Below, piece by piece: positions 21,822 to 36,800 of a stretch of 64,000 nt of DNA. The stretch lies in contig MU008201.1 of NCBI GenBank assembly GCA_010909165.1, positions 372,001-436,000 of the forward strand. The letters are read 5' to 3'. Position 1 is the first letter of the stretch. Each line of letters begins with the position of its first letter. The position numbers and the translations under genes were made by a program. This DNA comes from Anthoceros angustus (taxonomy: Eukaryota; Plantae; Anthocerotophyta). The notes under the pieces are model-generated. The model was given only the letters and a program-made list of their open reading frames with translations, was not told the origin of the DNA and did not search any database.

Positions 21822-24800
21822 CTAAAACCATGGATGCCATGTCGGGTCCATCATGCAGAGGCTTCTTGGCTGCAATGCCGCCTCTACAAGTTCAGTCACC
21901 CCTCTCTGGACGGATTGCAGTGGTTCTGCAGAATCTTCATCCTGCACAAAGGAACAAAGGCCTTCAGTAAACCACGGATATCAGTAGTTGTTACAGCACA
22001 GGGACCTTAGAGAAACGAACCTCCTCAGGGAAAGACTGGGGTGCAATGGCTTTCACCCGATTCATCACCATGTCCACATTGGTTGTAACTTTCTGTTTCA
22101 GCTCACCCGTGGCTATGCCGCCTGCAGCAGGAGCTGCAGGCATACCAGGAGGTCTTCTCCATGACCACGATATGAGCTCATCTCTGAAAAACATTCCTAG
22201 CTGATGCTGCACATGCTGGTTCTGTGCAGCAAAGCGTTAAGACTGCTGAGTTGGAACTGAATTCCTTCAAAAGAAAAATTCACAGAACTCAACAATAACT
22301 TGAAATTCACATAGATGTTCACCTGAGGGGCTACAATGGACTGTGCAGCTGCACACATGGAGGAGACGAACAGACCTTCTACACCAAAGGGTGTAAAAAA
22401 AGTCTGCAGGTTCCTTGTCAGTCTAAATGGGACGGAATCTGTAAACTCCACCATTCCATTCATGTCATACGCTGCAAACACCAGACAGGAGTCAGTGTCA
22501 GTGACAACAGTAAGCCAGTAATCATCCTACAGATATCCAGCCCAATCACATCTCACCGGGATGGAAGTCATTCTGGAACACTTTTCCAGTGTTCTTTGCA
22601 AACAGAATCTTATTAGGAGATCGCCCACCAATTTGCAGCATATATGACATGAACCCTGAAAGTGCCAGTTGGACTGCAAACTGCTTTTTGAATGTCCAAA
22701 GATGGTTAGATGATGGCAGCGTCTTATACATATACTGAGAAAACACGTTTTCGCTGACGAAGTTGGTTGTTATCTCATTATAAGTATGAAGACGTAAGTC
22801 CACAAACATCTCATTTGACAGCTGCCCTGTGATCGCCTGGTTCAGCCTCTCTTTGAAATGTGTTATAGGTGCATCAGCCTCCCGACCATAGCGGGCACAG
22901 TTGATCTCATAAACCTCACCAAATGTACTAAACATTAGATCATCCTCCACCATTCGGACCTTTAAAACAGAAAGCAAGGTGACTGTGTGAGCAAATACTA
23001 GCAATGAACCAACCAGATTTCTAGACTTTGCAAGCAGGAAAACAATGACTTCAACCACATCACTGTCACATAGCATACCTGCGGCCACACCGGGATTATG
23101 ACAGGAGTATTAAATGCCAGGTGTCGGCGTCTTGACTCTTTGTGCTTGTCAAGCAACCTATTCAGCACTCTGAACAATTGCACCATGCGCTCGTCACTAC
23201 GAGCACTGGGCGTCAAAGATGTCTGCACCAGAAAATGCTTCTGGGAGCCATCACTACCAATCATGGTTAGGCGTCGGTGGCTACTACCATGACGGCGCAC
23301 AATTGGAACGTCAGCACCAATTCGGTCTAATTTCACGGCATGATCCGGGGAGTGGTCATTAAAATACTGCCCTGGAACTTCTATATCTACAACATGAAAT
23401 TCCCGTAACTGCCGGCTCTCCTCTTCTAATTTTAACACAGCCGGGAGTCGATCTTCAACATTGCTCTGCAGCACACCTTTCCAATGCTTCAACCTATTAG
23501 TCAGTTCTGCCAACGTTGCTGGGAAGGTTCCAGCGCTCTCAGGGTCCAGGTCCCTCTCAAAATCTCTTTTGTATTCGGTTACGAACTCAACATGCTTATT
23601 GACAGTGTCAGTTGAAAAACAGGCTCTGCAAACGCCTGCCAGTTCCTTTTTCAAAGACTGTGGCACTTCAGCTGTGGTTGCTGTTGGATACTTGTAGCAG
23701 CGATGTAACAATGCATACACCACAGCAAGCAGTCTCTCTTCTGGCAGAGGAACAAATCTTGCTCCAATTTCCGTGAGCATCACCTGCAACACCATCCATC
23801 TCAGAACATGGGATGCGAAAAGGACAACATTTGTAAGCGCCCAATTAAAGTAGCAGAATCTCGGCATCATCATTGCATCATCAAATCTTGGAAAAAATGC
23901 ATCAGAAAGAAGTCGTACCTCCAGCTCAGTTGCAAGGTTAGAATGCTTTCCTCTCAAAGCTTCCATTATGTCCTTGGCAGCTTCAAAAGCGGAAGCTGCT
24001 GAAGGCCATGCTGAACCAACATTCCTCCTTGAAGGCAGTTGAAGATCACCTTGCCCACTATTTGCAGGTTGGCTCGTTTCAGACCCTGCAGCCGAAACTC
24101 CCTCAGTGTTAGGGCCCCTATCGCCTTCTTGACCTGCATTGCTGGCGTTTTCCTGTCCTGTATTTTGAGTCTGAGACACATTTCCTGCTTGTGCAGCCGT
24201 GTTTGCAATAGCCAGTTGATTCGTTGCAGCAGCGTCTGCGGTCAATGCACTGTTGCTGGAAGCAGATGGCATAGGCCCACTGTCAGAAGAATTTGCAGGA
24301 GTGGCCCCAGGTGCATTTGCCATGGCTTGCGCACGGGCCTGAGCTTGGGCCTGAGCCTGAGCTTGCATATTCCTGTTGGCACTCTCTGCCTTGGTCGCAA
24401 TATCACGCCGTTCTAGCAGGTATGTCCGCAGCCAGTAGTATAAAGCCTGGAAAGATATCACAGTAACAAAAATTGTCATGTCCATGTTGTGGGCAGTGCT
24501 CCTTACAAAAGATCACGAGGTATCTATTGTTTATCAAACCAGCATGACAACGTCACAGCAAGAAGCCAGAGCTCACCCACCTGAGGATACACGGTTGCCA
24601 GTCTCACCAGAACTGTCCTGGAACTCTGAGCTTCCGGCCTCTGCAGTGACAGAAGCAGCTGTGGAATCCAGGACAGCCACACCCAATGCTGTATCTGTTC
24701 CCAATATTTATCGAGTGCCTTACCAACAGTACCATTCTGATTGTCAAAGCTCAGAAGATACAATACCCTTGCAAGGTGGCTCCTGCCATGCGAGCCACAC

Positions 24801-27800
24801 TTGATGCCCTGGAGAAAACAACTAACAGCATACTCCAGCCAGATCTCCTCACCTGTATCCTTGTACACCTATTCAGCATCAGGCAGCAGAAAATAAGTGA
24901 AAACACCAATGTGCTGAATTGAGACCCTACCAGACCTTGGACTTCGGATACTGACCTGATCACAATGATTACCCCAGCTGATCCACCCTTTTGGAAGATG
25001 CTTGAACAGCGAAATAGCTGTTGAAAACATTTGATTGGCATTCTCATTATCACGCATTTTTTGCAAGAATTCACCCTTCAGCCTGTAGATTTCTGCCTTG
25101 TGTTGCACAGGAAAATACTCCAGATTTGTAATGTTCAGGAGGTTTAGTCCACTAGTTAGCTCTCCCTTCATCTCCAAATAAGCCTTTGCTTGCTCTTTGA
25201 TCTTGACAAAAGCTTCCTGTCCAGTTAACAAGTTTTCAAGTATGTGAATGGAAGCTCAACCTGAGCAAGCCGGCACCATGATGAGCAGAATAAAGGGACA
25301 CCTACCTGAACCTCCATTGTCATGTATCCATACAGCTTGTTAAGGACGGTTACACACACATCATGTAGACCTTGCTTACGTGCCACATGTGCCAGCTTAT
25401 TTACACTCCAGGCCTTATCACGGAATCCAAGCTGATGGAGCTGTGGGTTGGTCTCTGTAAAGCCTTGGAAGGCATTAATTACAGTGTTGTACATGTGGTT
25501 ACGCCATGTCAAGAGCTCATACCAAACAGTCAATTCATCCCACTCATTTGGGGTTCTCAGTTTCCATGTGTCCAAAATGTCCTTAAGGTCAACATAGGCA
25601 CCCCCTGGAAGCTGAGGCCCAGAGCCCTGAGCCTTGCTACCGTTCGCAATTTCAATTAATACTCTTGCAGATTCCTGCAGCTCTACCAGTTGCTGAAACT
25701 GTTGAAGAACCGGAATGTGAGACTGGACAGCCATCTCAGGTAGCTGCCACCACTGTTGCAGAGCTAGTTCGATGCCTTGCTGCACCCTCTGTTCAGCATC
25801 ATGTACGCCATTCATGCTTCCGTCACTGAGTGCGACATATGCCTGAACCATGCGATACTTGGGGGTTTCTTCTACTTGGGCCTTCGGAAGTACAGTGTCT
25901 TTGAGGAAGGACCAGTCTGGCACTTTCCATAGACAATCTATGAGAATCTCATAGTTGTCGACATTCTTCCCGAACTCAGCTAGCACGTCCCAGTGATTGA
26001 GACGCTTTGCCCCCTGGATCCATTGTTCTTCCCACAGACACATTTCTGCCTTCGAGACACCTGTATTAAAAGAACCTTGAGTTGCCTTATTCATGGCCAT
26101 ATAGAAAACATCAGCAGCACGCTGCCACATTCCATGCTGCACCAGGGAAAGCCCTGCTCTAGTATCAGGAGTGATAGTACGTTTCTTCCACAGACCGTAT
26201 CGGACATCTTCCTCATTCAGCAACCGATACAACTCAGCAAGGGCATCAAAGCACCGTGTTTCGTGAGGAAAAAGTGATACATGACTCTCCAGCAAGGAAA
26301 TAGCTATATGCCAGGCATTGTATGTCTTCCCCAAGAATTTAATCAATTCACTAGGAATTTTGGGCTGGGGTTGGCTCAAGGAAAGACCTTCTAACAGAGC
26401 CTGTACAACATTTGGTCTTTTGTCTTGCTGCTTGATATGGCATTCCCTAGAAAGAAGGCTGATCATTGGCTTAGCAAGTGTCACCTGCTCTTCCTTCTGA
26501 AGGGTTGCCCAAACGATAGGGAAAACAAGCACCCACATATGATATGCCACATGTGCATCTCTGTGCGACAACTCTCTCAAAGGGAGAATAAGATCAGCCA
26601 CCTGCACGTAACGATAAGTGTACCGTCAAAAACCTAACTCGCTCAATCGCAACAGCAGTAACCACGGTAAATGGAACAAACCTGAAGCTTGCTTATCTCG
26701 TTCAGAAACCTTGTGTGTTTGTTGATGATGCCAAGGAACGTGGGAGGTGCGCCCTCAACCTCTTCTGGCACATCAGCAGTTTGTTGCTGAATTCCTGCCC
26801 GGTCTGGAATGCCTCCTGATGGCATCAGCGGAGGAATCTGAGCAGAATTGGGGGCTAAAGTGATAGGTTCGTGCTCAACAAGTATGGCTAGAAGAAGATC
26901 AAGGCCCTGCTTCAACCAAAACACGTCGCTTATATTATCCCACTCCTGCGATTGAATTAAGTATTGCAGTCTTGTAAACAGTGTTTTCCCGATAAAATCA
27001 TGGTAGATAGCAAAAAATTTCTGCCGCATCTCTGGGTCTCTAGCTCTAAGACCAAGCATATACTGCCGCTCCACCTTAAACACCTCATTGCGTACAGCAA
27101 CTGTGTACCTGTCAACCCGAGCATTTGCCGTCAGTAATTTGAATTTCAGAGCTAACATGGAAATAAGTCTTCACAGTGGGCTTACTTTGACGCATCAGAA
27201 CATAGTCGATGGAGCAGCTTCAAATACTTGTTTTCCCACTCTTCCAAAACAGAGGCAGGCATATGCTGCTGGTCAACCAGGGACAGCTTTTGCATGAGCG
27301 TGACAACATCCTTATTCGTGAGAGCCCCAGCAAGATTACCAGTACCTGCAGGTTTGAAATCATTTTCAACCCACTCCTTGATAATGTCAAGGATGGTTAG
27401 CAAAATGCCAGCATCAGTGCCTTTCTCTTGTAACATAGAGTGCAGACTGGATATAAACAGTCTCTTGCAATCTGCTGCAAAGAGCACACGTCCACTCATA
27501 AGATTTAAAAGAGCCTTCATATTGGCTATGACAACTCCAAGGTCTGCCATCAATCGAGCAGCAGCAGCAGCTCCATCTGAGTCAAGGTGGCGCCCCTACA
27601 AAGAAGAGCCAGAAAGGTAATAAGAAAAAACCACATCAAATGGGTTCAGCAAAATAACTAGCTCGGACAAGTGAACATCAGGTTCAACCTGGCGCATCAA
27701 GGCTGTTGCTGTTGCTGACATGTCACGATTGAGTCGCTGAACTACACGGACTAATGGCATCATGAACCGGTCTATGTATGACTTGTTCCCTTCTGCCAAA

Positions 27801-30800
27801 CTCTTCAGTACAGATATACATAAGCCAATCATAGAATAGGTAGACCTAGCATCCATTCCAGGAGATGGTGCAGCAGTTACAGCTGCTAGATGCTTATGCA
27901 TCAACTCCTCCACTTTCTGGTGCAAAACCTTCACGTCCTGGGGAGAAGTTGGCAAATCCACAGGAAAGGCATCATAAGCCATCTTCAGCAAAGTACATAG
28001 TGCTTTTCCGATCTCCGGCAACTTGCTGTTGAAGGATGGCTCCAAGAGCTGTTGGTAAGCAGGGAATGAGCAGTGTTACAAGACGAGCACGTTTCAGCTT
28101 CATCTTAGCCAACAGGGCTTTTCATACAGAAAGCAGCAGCCAATACACACTGTCTTCGACTGTGGTAAGTTACCTGGACAATTTGTTGAACATTGTTACG
28201 TATGAAAAGATGAGGCTGCTTCTCCAATACTTTATTCATAACTTCTAACCCCTGTGCAAGTGCTGAGGACGGATCTTTGTTTTGACCTCCCATTGGTTGG
28301 CTTAATAGCTTCTCCAAATAATTGAACTTCACATTTGCGCTTGGCCAAACCTCAAGAGCTAAAGTTAGATGATCCAGAGCCTGATTGTACATAGCTGCCA
28401 TCTCTTTATCCTTGGGTTCAGTGACCAGGGAAACCTGCAAATGAGCAGATATCAGCCCCCCAACTAATTTAAAGTAAAAGCCACGCTGGTACATGTCGGT
28501 TGAAAACGTGGGTCCAGCTTTTTTCTACAATATTTACCGGAAAGTTGAACACTGGTGCAGAAAATTGAATCTGCAAAGCCAATCCACCAATTTATATTGA
28601 CTAACAGACAAAGCTTGTAAAAGCCTCTCATGCCCAAGCAAGACTTCAAAGACACCAAGTTGTAACTCAGGATATATGTTCCAGCGGGCTTACTCTGATC
28701 AGAAAGTTGATGATCATTTCTTCCATGGCTGCATTTGGTTTGAACTCTTCATCCGGCTGTCCACCAGCTCCTGGGGTCCCAATGTTTGGTATAGAACCAG
28801 TACCTGGGACAGGTAGACTTGGAGATAGGCTGGCCGAACTGGAAAGACCAGTTTCAGTCTTGACGCGTTTGCTTAAGTCCTCTGAGGATGTGGATAAGGC
28901 AACTGCTTCAGCAGTTCTCTTAGCAACCGACCCCCCATCTCCAACAGTGGGGTCCTGAGCATCAACAGTGGCTGCTCCCTCTCCTTCTGGCACCACCTTT
29001 GCTTCCACCTGCCGCCTCTTCTCCCATGCGACCACCAGACCCGCTAGATCAATTGCAAGCCTCCTATTTTCAGGAGGTGAGTTCTGAGGCAAGCCAAGGC
29101 GGCTAAGGGAGTTCACCATTTGTGGAACAAACTGAGCACGGCATGAATAGAAGAGCTCGGAATGCCGCACAAGGAGTTGGAATATGTGAATCAAGTTTGG
29201 AACTGAGTGACCTTCCTCAACTAATATCTTTTTGGTGTAACGTATCCAGATGGGGATCTTCGAATCTCCCAGGGGCAAACGCCGAGGGAGAGCTGGCATA
29301 AGAATATCAAGAGCTTGCCTTACAAGGACCTTGTTCTCTGGTTGACAAAGGCGAAGAAGGGCAACAAATACCTGCATGGGCAAAGTGGACTAAGTGTCAA
29401 CCAGTACCTTGACACGGCAGAGGATTGCAGAGTACAGCCTCCAAACGCAAGTACCAAGTAGCTTATACCTGTAAAATAATCTTCTCAGGAGCTTGATATG
29501 CCTCCAGAAAATGACAAACGTTAACAAATGCCCACTGCTTGCTGGCACTTTCCTCTCGTTTCAAATGGTTCCATCCAAATTTTATCAGCTCTTTCCTGTG
29601 ATGAACCAAATCATTTGGTAGGTACTTCAACAACAATGTCGCAAGCTGGAGCAACTCGATTCGGAGAGGTTCATCATACTCCGCACTCACCTGTTACATA
29701 CCAAAAGCTTAACCATGAGAACCAGAACCAAAAAACCAGAATTCTATGCCTCTGAACCGAAACCCATTTCTGAAAACAAGCACCTCTTCTGGAGGGTCAA
29801 GCAACTTTTCAACTATGGTCTTGATGATAGTGGTATCCACAACGTCCCAGCTTTGGTTATTCTGGAATGCATGAGTTAACATTGGGAGAATCAACATCTG
29901 CATTGCCACCACCAGAAGGTCCTGGGCCATCATTTTTGACTGAAATAGTTGCAGAAACCGGACCAATATAGATTTTTTCTCTTGTGGACCATACCCCTCT
30001 GCCACCTGTCAGATCCCCAGTTCACAGTTTAAATGAAGATTCAACAACTGAAATGTATGTCACTTTTAACAAAATGTTTAACGTTCCAGGCACATACCTC
30101 AATCATGAAAAACTCCTTCAGGAATGTGTAGTCAATTCTGGTGCGCACCAAAAATATTGACAACATTTCAAACAGCACATCCACTTCAGACTTATCATGC
30201 CTGACAAAGTTAAGAAAACACTTAACCAGCCTCTTGCTCTCCTTGACCTGCAAAAAATTAAGCATCAGAACTCTCAAGACCTCACTCACAACAATGCTGG
30301 GAAGCCCAGCCATCACTACACTAACACAAGGCAGCACCTGATTCAAAGTCAGGCTCTGCTCATTCCGTAGCCGAGAAATTCGTCCAGGAGACTGCCAGAG
30401 GCGGACAAGGGCATCAAACACTGGCCGATTGCACCACAGCCAGTCAGGCATCAGCTTCACGAGTGCCGACACAAGGGCAATTCCTTGAAACTGAACTTCC
30501 AGTGTCTGCCCAGAGACTTGCACTGGACTAGCTGTTGCTGACTGGACACCCATAAAATTGTCACTCCCTGAAACTATCAGACCTCCAGTTGCTGAAGGGG
30601 CTGAGATTGGTAGCTGATCATCCGAAGTTGCTGCAACCTTGGTATTCGGGAAGGCACACGTAATAATTTTGTTTGGGGACTTGGCCAGCTCTTCTCTTAA
30701 AGGTTGGCCTGCTTCTGATCTAATGATATCCAGAAACCTGCAACCACAAGGACCACCTCAGATTGAAGCATCCTAGTCATAACAGTCCAGCTATCTGTAG

Positions 30801-33800
30801 TCAAAGACCATCAAAACCTGTAGCAAGCCGCAAACCCAGGCTAGTACATAGACAGATTCATTAACCCCGTATCCCAAAAAAGCATATCAGCAGAATCTCT
30901 CACTAAAACGCTTTGTACCGCTCACTTTCAAGGACAACAGCAGATCATCAAATAGACTTCATGTTACCTCCGGAAAAAGTTTTCATTTGTCAGACGAGCT
31001 AGAAAATAGTCAACTGCTTCCGTAGCATAGCGATTGAGAAACTTTGACAAGGGGAGCCGGTATGGGCTGTTGAGCTCACTGTACACCAAGCCTTGAGGAA
31101 GAGCTTGCTCCAGGTGGATAGTTAACACCACTAGTTGGTCCAAAAACTTACCAGCCGCAACTGGCAGAAGATGGAAGAGCTCTATAATTGCTGATTCAAT
31201 GCACGAGATCTATTATTAGACTGTGTTTAAAACCGGACATAGCAGTCACACGGGGACGAAAACACAACTTTGACACAAACCTGCAGCGATTTCAGGCTCT
31301 TCTCCATCCTTCCAGGACCTTTGCGAGGTAGCTAGCTTCTCAGGTTCCAGCCATTTCTGTAAGTGCTCCATAAGTTTCTCACCCAAAGTAACATTGAACC
31401 AGTTGGAGAGAAGTTCCAGCAGTCGAGCTAGACCTTGTAGCAGTGGCATAGTAAGATTCTTGGTATGTGCCAAGTTCACCAGTATAGGCCGCAAACTGCT
31501 TTGCAACAGTTCCTTGGGCATCTTTTGCTGTTGAATGACCTGTGCATGGACATGCGACAATCGAAATAATCAGACTGATGCATCTACAACCTAAACTTCT
31601 CCAAACACAAATGCAGAACATAAGGCAGTCTTCAGATGCGTGGCAGATAACATGAAGCCACCAAATACTGAAAAACATAGAAGACAAATGAAGGACCCAC
31701 AAAGCTCTGAGTGCTGCCCTTATGATGCTGTCAGTGATGTGCTCTACTCACCTGACGGAGACCCTCCTTTGCCACTGCAACTATTTCAGGAGTCTTGCAT
31801 GTAAGCGACTTAAAGAACATGGCAATGATCCGAGACCTCAATTCGCCATGTGTGGGGGTTTTAAAATCTGCCCATGCCATAGCTGTACATAGCAGCTCAA
31901 TGCAAACTGTCCGAAGCTTGTTCAAAGAGGCAACCATCTTTGGGTTCATGAATTTCCCCTGCAGCACTTGCTCGTCAGCCTCTGCCAGTTGAAGTGCATC
32001 TTGCAGTATGGTAATCAGCTCAGTGGTCATTTTCAACAGAGGAGGTCGCAGTGCCAAGCAGAAATTCAAGGACATCAGTGTCCCAACCTGTCACAGACAT
32101 CAAAGGTCATCACAAGTTCCTATTTTGCAGACATACCTGAAGCAGACACAATAGTCACAAAATGAGTGTCCGATGTGACACCAACAATCTGCATACCTGA
32201 CTATCCAGTGCCTTAGTGCGAAGTGGCCGAACTATCAAAGGCTGCAATAAAGGATTGTACAGAGGTTCGAGGAGCTCTGAAACTTCACTTCCTGTGCGAC
32301 TTGCTAGGAGTGCAAGACAAGACTGCACATTTCTCCTGACAATTTGAGACGTAGACTGATTGAAAAGCTCTGCGGCAAGGACATCCACCACTCCTTGAAA
32401 GCTCAGTTGACGAGGCTCACTAGTGGACTCATCCACATTGTTCACCACACGCAAAACCTGGGTGAGGACTTGACTAGCTTCCTCAAGCTCCTTATTAGCA
32501 TGTGGTGGCAGTCGCTTCAGAACATAAAGCAGTGCTCGGACAGCACGGACCTGGAAAGCACATAATGTCTCCACTGTCACTTTTCCTACTAATGCGCCAA
32601 GGCCCATTACCCCTCCCATCTGAGATTGCCACGAGCTTCCGTAACAACAGTGTAGAAGTCGAGGCAATAGCTGCTCGAAGACTGGAACCCGAACACCAGG
32701 AGGAGGGGAGTACACTGGATTCATGGATGGGCTTGAGACCATCATGGGAGTTCCAGGGGTGCTGACACCTCTAGGTGTTAAATGACCAGTGTGTTTTGCT
32801 CTAGCCAGAACAAGAAGAGTTTCCGCAAACACATTCAACCCATTCAGGGCCGCCTTTGCGTGAGACCTGTTGTCATCAGCCAGAACGGCTACTAGGGCAT
32901 CCAGAAAAATCAAAGGATCAAGCTCTTTCAGATTCCCCTGCGAGCGAGCTCGAGGCTTTGGCGGTGCACCTCCACCTGAGGTCCCAACAGGCAGGCCAAG
33001 CTGTCCGGAGGAAACAGATTGGCTGGTTGTGGATGATTCTACATGGAATATCATGGCAAAGTGGCGGCAAACATTGAGCACAAAATCATCCTTTGGGTCC
33101 TGCAGATCAGTCTCTGCACTAGCAGCAAAGACTGTCATGAGTAAGATTTTGAAGACACTTCTTTCAGCCATAAGCTGAGTCTTTGTCTTCACACCAAGAT
33201 CAACCTGCAAAGGAAAGTCTACCTTAGTTGTAAATCAATAAAGAGATAATGACATGGAATGTTATTTCACTACATTGCAATCCTTCAAATGCATAGCACA
33301 AATCTGCTGCTATCAGAAACGGAGTGACTACCTTCATGTTCGATGTCTCTGCCCTGCGCCTCGATGGGTCCACTGAGGTTACAAGCATGGTGCTCAGCTG
33401 ACCAGGAGTGAGACCTTCAGGCCCAATGTTGCCTTTCAAGTTCAACACAGAGGACAAACACACTCGCAGAAACTTGAGGGCATTCTTGCGGTAGAAGACA
33501 TCAACACCAGGTTGATTTTGTATCACTGCTGCCCTTGCTAGATAGATGCACCTGTCTAAGGGCACTAGGAATGAGGTGCTTGGCTCAAATGTCAGTATCA
33601 ACCTCAAACCATGTTCAGGGTTCTCTTTGCACTCCAAGGCAAGGGGTTCCTTCAAAAACTTCCTGTTCCTTCCACCCAGCTTTCCAAGCAACTGAAGAGC
33701 TTTGGCACCAAAGGGATATGGTTTTGGTTGCAAGTGTGACCACAGTGTCAGGATAAGCTCTGACATCACACTCGCCATACTTGGCTCCAAATACTCTGGA

Positions 33801-36800
33801 TTGAGGCTATCAATCCAAAATTCCAATGTCCTGAGCCCATGACCTACAAGATCATCATTTCCTTTCAAGGCTAAAACCAGCGGCTTCATAAGTCGTGGGA
33901 GATGAGGCAGGAGTGAACTCAACCGTGCAGGCATGGTAAGACAAAGCTCCACAACTAGGTCACTCATGTCCATTCCTGTTGGTCCCTCAATCATTCCTAG
34001 CAACATGTTCAAACAGGGCTGAAGAGTTGGCACAAACTCTAGAAAGAGAAGCTCAAACTTGCCTCCAGAAAGAGCTCGAAACATGTTTCGCAGGAGCTGC
34101 ATATAGCCCAATGGTTTATCGCCCTCCGTTGCATTCTTCATACAAGTTTCCATGATAGTGATAACATGAGGCTGGAGCACAGGCTCACAATCTGCAGGGA
34201 ACTTGACTACTGCTACAAACAGGTAGCGGAAGAGTTGGAGAACCAGCTTGGCAGAAGGTGTATCAGGCTGCTTTAAAACCTCAAGCTTGCTGTTCACGAG
34301 GAAATGAACAAGGACATCAGCGAAGTGTCTTGTAACTTTTGGGTTCTGCAGAAGGCTCACGTAGATCTGCAGCAATTGATTGTTCTCAAGCATACACTCG
34401 AATAGATGCGGCATGGACATAGAGAACATATCCATAAGATTTCTTGGTTCCATCACTGTAAACACTGATGAATAGTGGGCAAACAACTCCTTTTCCTCCT
34501 CTTTATCCTTGAACAGCGCAAGGCAGTAGACACCGCCTTTCAATATCCCTGATGCGAGTCGGACCTGCAAAAATGACAGCTGTTCAACATATAGAAGCAT
34601 CTAAAAACAACAAACCGAACCTGACTAGATCTATTCATAAGATCACAAACGCCGAAGACATGAGGCATTCACTACGAGCCACCTGATTGCACCTTCACTG
34701 TGCTACGCTTTACATTATTGCAGATCATTGAACAGCAAAGAATTCACTAGTTCAAGAGATAATAGTAATGACTCTTTCTCAAATACGACCCATGGGTACC
34801 TCATCCTCCCACATGCCCTTGGGGCCGCTCTGGTTCATAGAACCAGGTTGTTGCGAAACCTGCTGATTATTGAAGTGAGTGATGCTCCACACCAGAGTTT
34901 TCATCCCTGCACAATCAACCAACAAACAATTGCCTTATCAAACATCATACAAAGCATAATCAGTTCCTGACCTGCAGCACCAAAGTATCTCTGCCCCACT
35001 CTGGTACGAAAGGCACAAATAATCTCAGACGGGAAGTCCCCTCAGAAATCTGAAAGCATCACAGTACACAGCCCTTACCCATAATGAGAGTCTTAATTAG
35101 CTGTCTACAATCCACAACCTCCTTGGCATGTTCTGGAGGTGCTTGAAGATTCAGCGCAGCCTGCCATGTGTAACCACCTAGCTTGATGAGAAAGCTAGAA
35201 ACAGGTCCTGAAAATCAGAGAAAAAGAATGCCACAAATATCCCATCTCGTGGATGTCCACTACATCAACCTGCACAGGAAGCTCTAGCCTTGACCGCAAA
35301 CTTGGCCGGTCTTTGGAGTCTTCAGAATCACCACCCTCCATTAGCTTCAGAAAACACAAATGCAAGTATTAGATATATGGTTCATATATGAGGGGGATAA
35401 CCTGAATACCGTGCACAGAGTGTGATGAAGACAGCATTGACTCGGGAAATGGTAACAGTATCCCATGGAAGAAAAATACAGCAGAAACAAGCAGACAAGG
35501 AGCTATACGTGGCAATAGCTCTCAATACAGTACTCTTACTTAACAAAAAATTCTCAAGGTTTCATACCACAGCACATCCTCACCAGCAGGTCCACTTCAA
35601 CACATTCCCCAACTCAGCAGTGCTTTTAGAGTGACACCAAAAGTACCTGAGATATGTTGTGCTTCAAAGTGCCAAACTTGGTTACAAATGCATCTAAAAT
35701 CCTCCCCTGTTCAGAATCACAACCAACTGCAATTAGAAAACAAGGCGTAACCTTGAGCACTCAAATTGGCAAATGGAGACTGATGACATACTAATAGAGC
35801 TCGTCCCTCTTCCTTGCTAGGATGGTCAACTCTCCGAGTAAAAATAGTCTCAACCTGGCAAAACTACCAGCGGAATGTCAGCAAGTAATCAAAACAATAG
35901 TGAGTCACATCAGGAACTTGCCCACAGTTCAATGCCAGCAATTTTACCAAATTAAGCATGAGACGCACGCATGTTGTCTGCACGCTCAGGGGCAGAGATG
36001 AATCATGTACATTTCGAGAAAATAGGTAAACAATTCGAGAAAGCTGCAAGGAGAAACACATTTTTCACACCACACCACACAAAGATGGCGAGGCAGACAG
36101 ATGTCCTTTAGAAGACCATTGGATGAGCAAAGGATCTAAGCACCGAAGCGAGAAAAATGCATTTCCACCGAGCTGCCAGCATTGACTTACCTGTGGTAGA
36201 GACAGTTCAAGACGAACATTATGGATGAGCTCTGCAAGAAGGCTATATGCTAGAGGCCGAAGAGTTTCATAACATGCTCGGCCAGTTCCTACGAGAACCC
36301 TGAAAAAGGTGAAACAGCATTATACCCCATCTTTGTGACTCAATGAATTAGAAGGAGTTTTCTGTTAGTTGTCAGAAACTTGAAGACACTTACCTTTCAT
36401 CTAACAAAGTGTCTATCTGATTGAAAAAACCCCTTTTAAAATCTGTTGCAAGAACATGTCTTGTGGCTACGAGAAGTTCCTGCGCAGAATTTGTGATTCT
36501 CTTTTGAGTGCTACAGGAGAGCAGAAGTGACAAGGAGAAACAAACAAGCAAGCCCACAGCCCTTCCACGTGAGTAGTACAGTACGGGACATATAAGACCT
36601 TCAAGCACTGACAGAAACATTCACTAAAAACAGTTGTCCATGAGGCTATGAGCAAGGACGTGCTGAAAAAATCAGAACAGAACAAAGGTCCCAAAGCAAA
36701 CTTGGAAATCCTCGTCTTTAAATTCTGCACACCAATCAGGGCTCCACCTTTCGTATGGATACAGAATCAGGACATGTCTCCAGAAGATTAACAATGCTTT

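Noticed and set aside
22546-22700. Missing kinase catalytic motifs in the TRA1 PI3K-like domain
   Set aside because: Expected, since TRRAP/Tra1 is a known pseudokinase.
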